From assembly GCF_963676685.1 (NCBI RefSeq), contig NC_092351.1, positions 13,268,001 to 13,332,000 on the forward strand: a stretch of 64,000 nucleotides of DNA. The letters are read 5' to 3'. The translations under genes and the position numbers were made by a program. The notes beneath the pieces are model-generated. The model was not told where the DNA came from and ran no database searches. It worked only from the letters and a program-made list of their open reading frames with translations. This DNA is from Mytilus edulis (lineage: Eukaryota). Shown piece by piece: positions 16,106 to 27,500 of this stretch (position 1 is its first letter; each line of letters begins with the position of its first letter).

Positions 16106-17688
16106 ATTGATGATCAATGCATGAAATAGTAGACCAAGTATTCTGTTTTTAATTTTGCTACCTATGTGTATTATCTATAGCTTTGTTATTTTTGTTTCAG
16201 CTGTTTCCCATTGTTTTCATGTCCAATACAACAGCACTGCAAAAAATACCAGCAGTACAGCAGCTGATCCTGCCACCATTGACATCCTCAGCTAGACCAT
16301 CATCTTTACACTTGGTTTTGATGCCTACCAAGCCAAGACATATGTAAGATATAAAAGGTGTAGGCCTCACTTTATCCTGCAATCAGCTAACTATTGTACA
16401 AATAACAGGTACAAACATAGTTTTTTGCTTTATTTGTATATTTTGGAAAAGTATCAAATCTATTTGTACTCGCTACGATGCAGATATCCACTCAAAATAT
16501 ATCATGCTAACAATTTCTATGTTTTTAATTTGTTTCTTTTTTTACAAGCATCGCTCACATTGTTAACACATACATTTATAGTGTGTGGAATGGCAATTCC
16601 ATTATAAAGGTTGATGTAAAGTCTGATTTTCGTATTCCTTAGGAGTGACTAAAAAATATTTCATATTCTGAGGAGTTCAGCAAATTATCTAAAGAATTTT
16701 TAAAAAAATTATCTGACTTGAATTCAACATAAATACATTTAAGTTTACATCACAAAGCATTTTGAAGTAAAATGTAATAAATTTATGGACACTGAAATGC
16801 ATTTTTGTTTTTATTTTTGAATTTAGTTATACTTTTATAATATATTTTTTTATTATTTTCTTCATACAGCTCTGCATCTATCAACTCTATCTACAATGAG
16901 GTTCCAGATGTCTGCTCATTGGGACCTTATGGAAGCAGTATTGAGGATTGTGTGCTTTTTTGCCCTTCAGTTATGCTGTTTTCTGGACAGCCATCACAAG
17001 GTTATAACCCCAGGCTGGGTGGAATGTACCATTTGTGGACAGTTGGTTCATGATACATGCATGGGTGTCACTGCAGCAACCTTTAGCTTGCAGGATGATT
17101 TACCATGTGGATGTGATTGCCTGCAAAAAGGAGAGTTTTAACAGAAAAGATTGAAACTACCTAGCTCTCGTTAAAAAAACTCTCCCTTTATCCAGTCTAA
17201 TTTACCCAAATATAAAATTCTGTGTTTTCAATACTTAGTACTTCATTTCTATGGAAATTTTACCAAAATATTTCTATAAGTTTTTTCTATATTTTTGTTG
17301 ATTGTAAGTTTATTTTTATGTACACCATTTAGAGATAAGTCTTAGGCTATTGGAACAGTATTTTGTATTGTGTTAGCTACAATGATCTACAATGTATTTA
17401 ACATTGCATACTTATAATATTATTTTTTTTATTTCAGCATTGAATACTACACAAATTTACAGGTTAAAGACCTTGATATGGATTTCGATGTAAGTGAAAG
17501 AACAAACATATATTAAATAATGCTGACTCAGATCACTACAAATGAACACTAAAATGAGAAGAAACACAAGTTATACAAATATTATGTATTTTGTTTTTGT
17601 TGTAAATAGCCAAAACATGATTTCTTCTTTGAACAGTATGCCATACTTTTTGTTTTACAGTTCTTCTGGTGATGAAATATTATATTAA

Positions 17689-17961
17689 GGTGGTACCAAA
17701 GCCCTTGGCTAAAATTGATTTGGATTGTTTAATTTCTACAAATTTTGACAAAATGTTTACTTTGAGCCTTTGACCAAAATAAAAAAAAATTCAAAAAAAC
17801 ATGAACCACACAATTTATAGGAAAAAACTCAATAGATTTACAGCAGTTTGACACACATAAAATTTGATCATTCAAAAGCTTAATATTTAACATCAATAAA
17901 TAGTGATTTAAACATTCAGCTGATTTAACAGAGTTATCTCCCAGTTGTGTTATGTACCACA
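17689..17961. mobile_element. Kolobok-type MITE (copy at 60386-60658)
   Basis: TTAA|GGTGGTAC ... GTACCACA|TTAA. Confidence 0.7.
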
Positions 17962-18462
17962 TTAAAAGGGCATTGTCATGGTCCACAGAGTACTGATTTC
18001 ATATGAAATTTCAATATAAGAAAATTCTGTTGACCTGTAAACTTCTAGTATCATTCATGTAGATCAAGAGGAATACATGTTGAAATGTGAAATTGGTATA
18101 TAGATTGAATTATAGTGAAAAAGTTTTCAAACTGATTCAAATGATTTAACATTTTGTTCTTATTAATTTTAGGTTTATATACAAGTTCTATGTTAAAAAG
18201 AAGAAGTAAACAAGCCTATGGCTGAACTGGTTCTCATGAGACATAAACCAGCTGACCACTGTCAATCATCTCATGTTGACAACTTTATATCATTCCATGT
18301 TGATCACTGCATATCATTGTGACATCCATTTTCATTTTTTTCATCTTCAAAAAACGTTTATCTCTAGATGTTTGTAGCAAAACCTGTTGACTAAATCTAT
18401 ATTTAAAGTGGCAACCCATGTATTTAAATTTGTTTTATGATATATAATCTCTTATATCAACT

Positions 18463-19206
18463 TTTTAGCTCACCTGGCCTAAAGGGCCAATTGAGCTTTT
18501 CTCATCACTTGTAGTCTGTCGTCATTAACTTTAATAAAAATCTTCTCCTCTGAAACTACTGGGCAAAATTTAACCAAACAATCATCATTGGGGTATCTCG
18601 TTTCAAAAATGTGTCCGGTGACAGGGCAAACCAACCAGATGGCCGCCCCGCTAAAGATAGAACATAGGGCAAAATGTAGATTTTGGCTTGTATTTCTGAA
18701 ACCAAAGCATGTAGAGCAAATCTGAAAAGGGGTAAAATTGTTTATCAGATTAAGATCTATCTGCTAAGAAATTTTCAGATGAAGCGGACAACCCTTTGTT
18801 GGGTTGCTGCCCCTGAATTGGTAATTTTAAGGAAATTTTTCCGTTTTTGGTTATTATCTTGAATATTATTATAGATGGAGATAATCTGTAAACAGCAATA
18901 ATGTTCAGCAAAGTAAGATCTACAAAAAAGTCAAATGATCAAAATGGTCAACTGACCCCTTAAGGAGTTATTGCCAATTTTTAACAATTTTCATAAATTT
19001 TGTCAATTTTGTCAATTATTACAAAATGAGTTAACTCCTGGGACAAGTTCATTATAGATATAGTCAGCAGCAAAAATGTTCAGTAAAGTAAGATCTATAA
19101 ACACATCACCAAAACACAAATTTGTCATGAATTCATCTGTGTCCTACGTTTATTATATGCACATAGACCAAGGTGAGCGACACAGGCTCTCAAGAGCCTC
19201 TAGTTT
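18463..19206 (+). mobile_element. Helentron-associated non-autonomous element (tttttagctcacctg family); degraded minus-strand copy at ~27186-27615
   Basis: 5' gctcacc subterminal IR with stem; 3' ggtgagc followed by hairpin aggctctcaagagcct, then ctagttt. Confidence 0.8.
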
Positions 19207-19272
19207 ATTTGCAAATATTAATCCTAAAAATGATTTTCATATTTATCTCACAAAACATTTTGGGAACTCAGT

Positions 19273-19640
19273 AATTGATAACATATCTTTGATATATTTT
19301 TTCATTATATTATTATTGAAAATATAATTGTTAAAACTCTTGGCTATAAAATTAAAATATTAATCCTTAATAGCTAAAAATGATGCTCTAATTTATCACA
19401 AAAAAACTTAATTGATAACATATCTTTGATATATTTTTTCATTATATTATTATTGAAAATATAATTGTTAAAACTCTTGGCTATAAAATTAAAATATTAA
19501 TCCTTAATAGCTAAAAATGATGCTCTAATTTATCACAAAAAAACTTTTTTGGAACTCAATAATTGATAACATATATATGACTTATGTTTTCATTATATTA
19601 TAATTGAAAATATAATTGTTAAACCACTTGACTATGAAAT
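19273..19640. repeat. AT-rich ~137-151 bp tandem repeat, ~2.5 copies
   Basis: aattgataacata at 19273, 19410 and 19561. Confidence 0.8.
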
Positions 19641-20147
19641 TATGTAATTATCTTAATTCAGCATGGAAAACGAGATGTCAAATTATTACTTAACATTGTA
19701 TCATTTATGTTGTTTTCTGCTATTTATTATTGTGTCATATATGTAATATATGTTTTGATTGCAATGGCATGTAAATTTATTTTTGCAAATAAACTTATTC
19801 ATTCATATTCAATTATATAGATTTTAGTATATGAAAACTTCCGTTACAAGACAAAGTCATGGTATATGTGCATTTAAATTGAAGCTTTAAACAAGGATGT
19901 TTGCTGTCATTGTAAGGTTGAACTTTGTCATAAGCTTAAAATGTTTTCTCTTTTTTATTCATATGAATTGTTTATACCCTTCTAATAAATTTAGGAAGAT
20001 GTGGTGTAAATGCCAATGAGACCATTTTCCATCTAAATAACAATTTATAAAAGTAAACCATTATAGGTCAAGGTATGGCCTTCAACATGGAGCCTTGGCT
20101 CAATGTGAACAACCAGCTATAAATGGCTAAAAAAATTACTGTATCTG

Positions 20148-22851
20148 TAACTCATTGGTGTTTAAACGGTGTATAGAGTTTATACCAATCAAATAACTCT
20201 GTCTCACTGATGTATGAACATTTTATCTTGCCCCTATAAACTACCGGTACATGGTGACTAGGTATATTTGATATAGGTTGTCCTAAAAGATATAGGATTA
20301 GTTACCTTATGGGGAAAGTAAGGAGTTGCTTCCCTTTCAAAACAAAAAAGATGCTATCACCCTTCATATGTACAAAACAGTGTTGGGGTAAAATCTGAAA
20401 GGATTCAACAGACGAAGAAATAGTTGAGAAAAGGTCTCATTGGTGTATGAATGTTATAACGGGTTTATACCCGAGTATCTGTGTCTCATTGGTATATCAA
20501 CCTTATATAGGCTTTATACCCACTGAATAACTGTCTCATTGGTATATATGGTTTATACCTATATAATAACTGTATTGATGGTATGTGTGTTTTAATGTCC
20601 AGCTATCCTCTCTGGATATTGCGGACTGATATACCTATTTACAGATTTGGGTCTGTGTCATTTGGCTTTCATTATACTCCAACTGCGTGGCTAGTACGGA
20701 TTATCAGGCCGTTTTGCCAAGATGTCTGCTTGCATTGCCTCTTGGGATTCTATTCTTACAGGCTATGTATGTGGTGGAGTGCACGGTAGGTCTGGGTTGT
20801 TGATGTCTTATTGGTGTATTAACGTTTTATATGGAAATATATCCATCAAATGACCATGTCTCATTGATGAATAACCGTTTTATAGGATATATATCCATCG
20901 AAAACTGTCTTATTGGTGTATGAAAGTTTTATAGGGTTTAAACGCATCGAATAAATGTGTATGATTGGTATATGGACGTTGCTTAGAGTATAAACACATC
21001 AAGTAAATGTGTCTCATTGGTGTATGTACGTTATGTAGGGTTTATACCCGTCGAATAACTGTGTCTCATTGGTGCATGTACGTCATATAGGGTTTTATAC
21101 CCATTGAATAAGTGTCTCATTGATGTATAAACGTTTTATAGGGTATATACCCATCGAATAAATAGGTCTCAGTGGTGTATGACCGTTATATAGGGTTTAT
21201 ACCCATCGAATAAATGTGTCTCATTGATATATGAACAGTATATAGGGTTTATACCTATAAAATAAATGTGTCTCATTGCTTTATTTAGGGTTTATACCCA
21301 TCGAATAACTGTGTCTACTTGGTGTAAGACCGTTATATAGGGTATATATACCTATAGAATAAATGTGTCTCATTGGTGTATGACCGTTATAGAGGGTTGA
21401 TACCCATCGAATAAGTGTCTCATTGGTGTTTAAACGTTTTATAGGGCATATACCCATCGAATAAATGTGTCTCAGTGGTGTATAACGTTTTCTAGGGTAT
21501 ATATCCATCGAATAACTGTGTCTCATTGGTGTATGAATGTTTTATAGGGTATAAACACATCGAAATACCCATCGAATAACTGTCTCTCATTGGCGTATGT
21601 ACGTTATATAGGGTTTTTTACCCATTGAATAAGTGTCTCATTGATGTATAAACGGTTTATAGGGTATATACCTATCGAATAAATGTGTCTCATTGGTGTA
21701 TGAACGATTTATAGGGTTGATACCCATCGAATAAATGTGTCTCATTGGTGTATGTACGTTATATAGGATATATATCCATCGAAACACTGTGTCTTTTTGG
21801 TGTATGAACTATATATAGGGTATATACCCATCGAATAACTGTCTCTCATTGGCGTATGTACGTTATATAGGGTTTTTTACCCATTGAATAAGTGTCTCAT
21901 TGATGTATAAACGTTTTATAGGGTATATATCCATCGAATAAATGTGTCTCATTTGTGTATAACGTTTTATAGGGTATATATCCATCGAATAACTGTGTCT
22001 CATTGGTGTATGAATGTTTTATAGGGTATAAACACATCAAAACGCTGTGTCCCATTGGTGTATGAACGATATATAGGGTTGATACCTATCGAATAAATGT
22101 GTCCCATTGGTGTATGAACGATATATAGGGTTGATACCCATCGAATAACTGCATGTGTGTCATTGGTGTATGACCGTTATATAGGGTTGATACCTATAGA
22201 ATAAATTTGTCTCATTGGTGTAAGAACGATTTATAGGGTTGATACCTATAGAATAAATTTGTCTCATTCATGTATGAAAGTTTTAAAGGGTTTATATCCA
22301 TCGAAACAGGTCTTATAGGGCATATACCCATCGAATAAATGTGTCTCAGTGGTGTATAACGTTTTCTAGGGTATATATCCATCGAATAACTGTCTCTCAT
22401 TGGTGTATGAATGTTTTATAGGGTATAAACACATCGAAACGCTGTGTCCCATTGGTGTATGAACGATATATAGGGTTGATACCTATCGAATAAATGTGTC
22501 TTTTGGGTGTATGAACGATATATAGAGTTTATACCCATTGAATAAATGTGTCTCATTGGTGTATGTACGTTATATAGGGTTAATACCCATCGAATAACTG
22601 TCTCTCATTGGCGTATGTACGTTATATAGGGTTTTTTACCCATTGAATAAGTGTCTCATTGATGTATAAACGTTTTATAGGGTATATATCCATCGAATAA
22701 CACTGTGTCCCATCGGTGTATGAACGATATAAGGGTTGATACCTATCGAATAAATGTGTCCCATTGGTGTATGACCGTTATATAGGGTTAATACCCATCG
22801 AATAACTGTGTCTCATTGGTGTTTGTACGTTATATAGGGTTTTATACCCAT
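20148..22851. repeat. Satellite array, ~50-53 bp monomer (gtctcattggtgtatgaacgttatatagggtttatacccatcgaataaatgt); partial second copy at 62845-64000
   Basis: About 40 homogeneous units over 20800-22851, a degenerate left edge, and a unique insert at ~20590-20800. Confidence 0.95.
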
Positions 22852-24384
22852 TTTTTCTGTTGAAGTTGGTTTTTCTATTGGATCTGTATCTGCATTTTTA
22901 AAGCTAATACCAATTTTAGTGCCATCACATGCTAAGAATTTTGGGTTGTATTTGCAGATAGAACAAGGCTTTCTGAAATCAGTCTTGAATTTACTACTCC
23001 ATGAAAACCACCAAGCAATGAATGTTTGAGGGGACATAAATTTAGCTGAATTAAGAAAATTTCTCCTGTATTTTTTGCTCATGATTTTGCAATATGCACT
23101 GAAAGTGACATGAGTGTTCAATGCATGATCTACAAAATCCCAGCCAATCTCATCTCCTGCAGCAGTTTCCTTTGAAAGAAAATGGAGGCTGTCTGAAGAT
23201 CCACCATATTGAACTTGGCACTCTGCATTTGCTGCCAAGCAATTCCTACCAAGTACCTGAAAAAGAAGGAAAAGCAAATTGCATTTTTCTTCTAAATAGT
23301 TTAAGCCAAAATATAGATTTAATCTGTTTCTGATTCATCAGGGAATTCAAGTATCTGTATATTATTTCTACATCAGTTGAATAGGAAATATACTGTTTAA
23401 AATAAAGTATCATAACTTTTGATTTAACTATGTTCATACTAATAATTGCATAAAAGAAATAGTGAATTTATACAGGTAAGGGTCATATAAAATATTTCTT
23501 GGAATCGATTGTTAGGAGCATTTTGTCGGATAAACTTGTTTTTTTAAAATGAAATTTTGTAGGTCTGAACACTACCTGCACTACACATTCATTTATATAA
23601 CACTTTAAAACAAAATAAACAATTTTTAATTACTTTGTAAAGGGCCCACACTGGAATTTAAAAATTGAGAAATGAATAACCTCACTGGATCTGCACTATT
23701 AATTGTTTGTCTCATCAATGATATGAATGATATTAAGAAAAACAATGAGATAGGCAAATTATAAAAATTAAATTGAAAATTGTAGTATCTACAAAAATTT
23801 AAAGTCTTTTTAATTTCTTTAAACTTGTTTATAATTAAAAATAAATGAAAGCACACATAGTTCTTAAATTTAAAATGGCTCAAGACTTAGAAAACATTCT
23901 CACTTCAAATCTAGCTGGTCCGTTAGTCAAATACACCACTGTCCTGTACTTCACCTCGGTCAATACCCCATTTGGATGGTCATCATCAGAGTAGCCGGCC
24001 TTTAATTAAAAGCATTTTATTAGACATGAAAACACTAAGCAGAAAAATAAAAAAATATAAAATGTTGAGATATTCATGCAATCTGACATTATAGATTTTT
24101 TTTTTTAAAACTGTCAAAGGTTCAATCTAATAACTGTTATTTACTAATTTTTACAATGCAACTCATTACCTTTTAAATAATTTGGCGAGATATTTCATTC
24201 TAAAATCTAAATGACATGTAAATATTTTGCCATAGAAGCTAAGTTAGTTAAGATACTCTTAAACAATAATGTATATCTAGTCTGTCTATATCATGTTTAT
24301 AACAATTACAAGTCAGGCATACTGCACTGGTTATTAGAATTTCGGATACACCAAACCAGGCACTTTATATTTGAGAAACAGGCT

Positions 24385-24555
24385 ATAAAATTAAGAATGG
24401 AAATGGGGAATGTGTCAAAGAGACAACAACCCGACCAAATAAAAAACAACAGCAGAGGGTCACCAACAGGTCTTCAATTTAGCGAGAAATTCCCGCACCC
24501 GGAGGCGTCCTTCAGCTGGCCCCTAAACAAATATATACTAGTCCAGTGATAATAT
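24385..24555 (+). mobile_element. Abundant repeat of the taaaattgagaatggaaatggggaatgtgtcaaagagac family; minus-strand copy at ~45850-46098
   Basis: Two near-identical copies in opposite orientation. Confidence 0.75.
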
Positions 24556-27500
24556 ACATGCCCTTAATTTTAGAACCATTCATATATTTTTGTATTATTC
24601 AAAATTATCAGTAAATTGTATGTTCTACAAGGATCACCAATCCTTCACCTTTCATCTGATACCTTAATTACATAAATTTATTCTACACAAGTTTTACCTT
24701 TCTCTGTAGAAACTATTTTGTTTTAAATATGTACTACTTTCCAGTATGTCCTTTTTTGACCAGGACTGATTAGGATGTGTTACAACTAATCATTTTTTCA
24801 AAGAATTCCTTTCAAGCCAGTGCTAGGGGCCATCTTCAACTTGCATTGAGGTGATCTTTTTTTGTTTTTTTTTGTTTGTTTGTGTTGAAGGCCTCACTGG
24901 TCCTTTCAGATAAAGAACAGCAATAATAGTACCGTTTTTTTTTATGTGTACTGGATTTTTTTGGTCATGGATGAAAACCCATCATTCTTTGTTTTCCAAT
25001 TTTGTTATATTTTGCACTAATATAATTTGTGACATTTAGCGCAGAATTTTGTAGTAGAAATTTAATAGAGAAAAAAATTACCCCACAAAGACATCCATCT
25101 TCTAATACAGGAGGAAAGAGTACAAGTGGATTGTTTCCGGTCAAATACCCTTTAGTGTCTCGAACAACTCCTTCTGCACCATCAAATACAGCTAATCTTT
25201 TTTTAATTGCTCGTTGTAAGGCTGGATCATCTTCCTCCTTGGGTCTGTGCTCACTCAAACTTGGGAAATCCCAAAGTCCTGTTGCCGGATTAAAAAAATT
25301 TGTCTGAAAACAAAATGTGAACATATTTAATAAATATAACATAACAGACAAAATAAAGTATGTAGCACTATATGAAAAAACTGACATCATGATGTGAATT
25401 ATTTCTTCCATATTTTTTTTAGATTAACCTTTTTAGTCAGGTAAAATCATACTTTATGGGCAATTGTATCAGTTATTGTATTTATGTTCATTTAAAAACG
25501 ATTTTTGGTCCATCAAGGAAATGTTTGTGTTGTAGGCATTTAGTTGGTAATTGCATGTTATTTCCAACGCTGGCAAATTCAATTTGATTAAAAGTTTGAG
25601 TGAACGGTGTTATTCTTGTCTATTAATTAGATATATCTGCTTTGGTTTAATGATTGTAGTTTGTAACTTACCCTCTTTGTTTGAGTAGTTTCTGGTTGAA
25701 AAGTATCCTCCAAATCATTCTCATCTTCCTCATTATCAATAAATGCTTCCTCATCTTCATCTTCAATGTCTTCTTCAATATCATTACCATTCATCCATAA
25801 ATTTTTGTGGTCTTTCATTGCCTGCAGATGAGGACAAACATTACTTGTTTCGCACAAGTATATGACTTTACGAGTAGAAAAACTGTAAATGGCACTACAT
25901 TCACCGGACTGGCATGATACACGGTTTCTGGAAACATTCACAAACTTACAATCTTGACTACTGTTTGGTACAACTGAAAATTTTTTTGTTCGAAGAGATG
26001 ACAGAAGTAAAATTACAGGCTTTTGTAAAGCAGCCAAAGATAACATTATACTTTTCTGAGATTTTGTTGGTGATGTAAAAACTTCTGTGCTGAAGTAGAT
26101 GGGATAATCAGGTTCAATAATTTCTTTGAAATACCTTATATGGCAGCATTTGATGTTAATAGAATCTATTTCTGTGTCAGGCTGTTCATCTAATGTTGCG
26201 AGCTGTAATAAAGTTGCAAAGAGTGTACATGTGCAATGGTATACGTTGACATTCCCAACATTTCTCCTTGTCATGTGAACAAAAGATGACTCCATTAAAC
26301 ATCCAGTGGTCATGTTGACGTCATTCAAACAGAGGACATCGATATCTGATTCGTGAACACGCCAAAATAAACCTCCAGTTTCAGTTTGTGCTGTTTTATA
26401 CTTTTCATACAAGGAATTGTCTGAAGCCCTGTTGTGTGTTGTAAAGAGAGGATTAACAGTTCGAAGGTTTCTTAAAATATCCTCTTCATTTAAAGCTTTG
26501 CGTTTAGGTCTTACTTGTCTCGGAGTAGAATTTTGCATATTTTCCCCAATGTTGATGTTGTCGTCATTGATGTTCTGGCGCGAATTTGATGGGGAAGACT
26601 CTGGGTTACGAAATTTGTCAACTAATCTAAAAATAGCAGAGTAGTTGGATTCTCTGTGATGGTAAAGTATCAGATTACGAAGAGAAGCAGGCTTATATTT
26701 CTCAGTAGAATCGCGGATAGATAACATTCTACCATAGCCAACATGAGCATGGGTTCCCTCATTCCAATAGTGGTCATTTGGTAGGCAGGAAATAATTTTG
26801 CACTGGTCATATAATGTGTATTTTGAGCTGGATGGTGGATCAAAAATAAATTTAAATTCTGGATTCTCAACAGGGACTCCTTTAGAACGGTAGTTATGTA
26901 TGGTATTTTCCCATATATGGAGAATAGGATGAAAGACTCCTGAGGCTTCGAGAAATCTACAAAAGAAATATTTAGTTTCAATCATATTACGGTAGATATG
27001 TTTTAGGTTAAAATTTCAGACAACTGAAAATATAATATTCTACAAATATAATATTTAATATATGAAATAATATAACTGTAAAGTATCTTTTTTTTAACAT
27101 GTTAAACTGGTCTCAAAGATTCTCCTTTAATAGCATATATATATCAAAAACAAATACATTAAATATTTTTTTCTTATCTGATAAACAACTAGAGGCTCAC
27201 CTTGGTCTATGTGAATACTAAACAAAGGACACAGATGGATTCAAGACAAAATTGTGGTTTGGTGATGGTGATGTGTTTGTAGATCTTACTTAACTGAACA
27301 TTCTTGCTGCTTACAATTATCCCTATCTATAATGAACTTGACCCAGTAGTTACAGTGGAAAATGTTAGTAAAATTTTACAAATTTTGTGAAACTGTTAAA
27401 AAAAAATGACTATATAAAGGGCAATAACTCCTTAGGGGTCAATTGACCATTTTGGTCATGTTGACTTCTTTTTAGGTCTTACTTTGCTGTACATTATTGC

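Larger units (their letters stand above)
10030..17141 (+). pseudogene. Decayed multi-exon gene: OTU/vertnin-like cysteine protease domain plus C-terminal PHD finger (copy at 52727-59838)
   Basis: Exons 10030-10117 (VENFKDEYPEYAIICMAVVNNAIVHVVST), 10599-10685 (in-frame TAG), 11201-11350, 13936-14116 (..E*TAYQFTANESCIYNAVSIILYRNEDTAVVLKLA.., OTU GDGNCLYxAxS-like motif), 14565-~14717, 16201-16343 and 16870-17141 (frameshift, then WVECTICGQLVHDTCMGV...CGC PHD-like). All have AG/GT borders; one phase mismatch implies a missing exon. Confidence 0.65.
5506..21303 (+). repeat. Copy 1 of a large direct duplication (offset 42,697 bp)
   Basis: Every ORF from 5556 to 20789 recurs with an identical translation at +42,697. 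Homopolymer lengths I checked match. Identity starts at GAGGGTGTTCATG (5506 vs 48203); the preceding bases differ (cacttaa vs gtgtag). Confidence 0.98.

Noticed and set aside
21281-22400. Repetitive ORFs (MRHSYSMDIYP..) and ORFs within MITE/HINE repeats such as 15298-15576, 24211-24549 and 33825-34334
   Set aside because: Chance translations of satellite or non-autonomous repeats, with no domain signal.
20800-22851. CRISPR-like regular array
   Set aside because: The whole monomer repeats with no unique spacers, there are no cas genes, and the context is eukaryotic. It is satellite DNA.
25627-26985. 452-aa ORF as a standalone gene
   Set aside because: It is bounded by a splice acceptor (26957) and donor (25671) in phase with neighbouring exons, so it is an internal exon.
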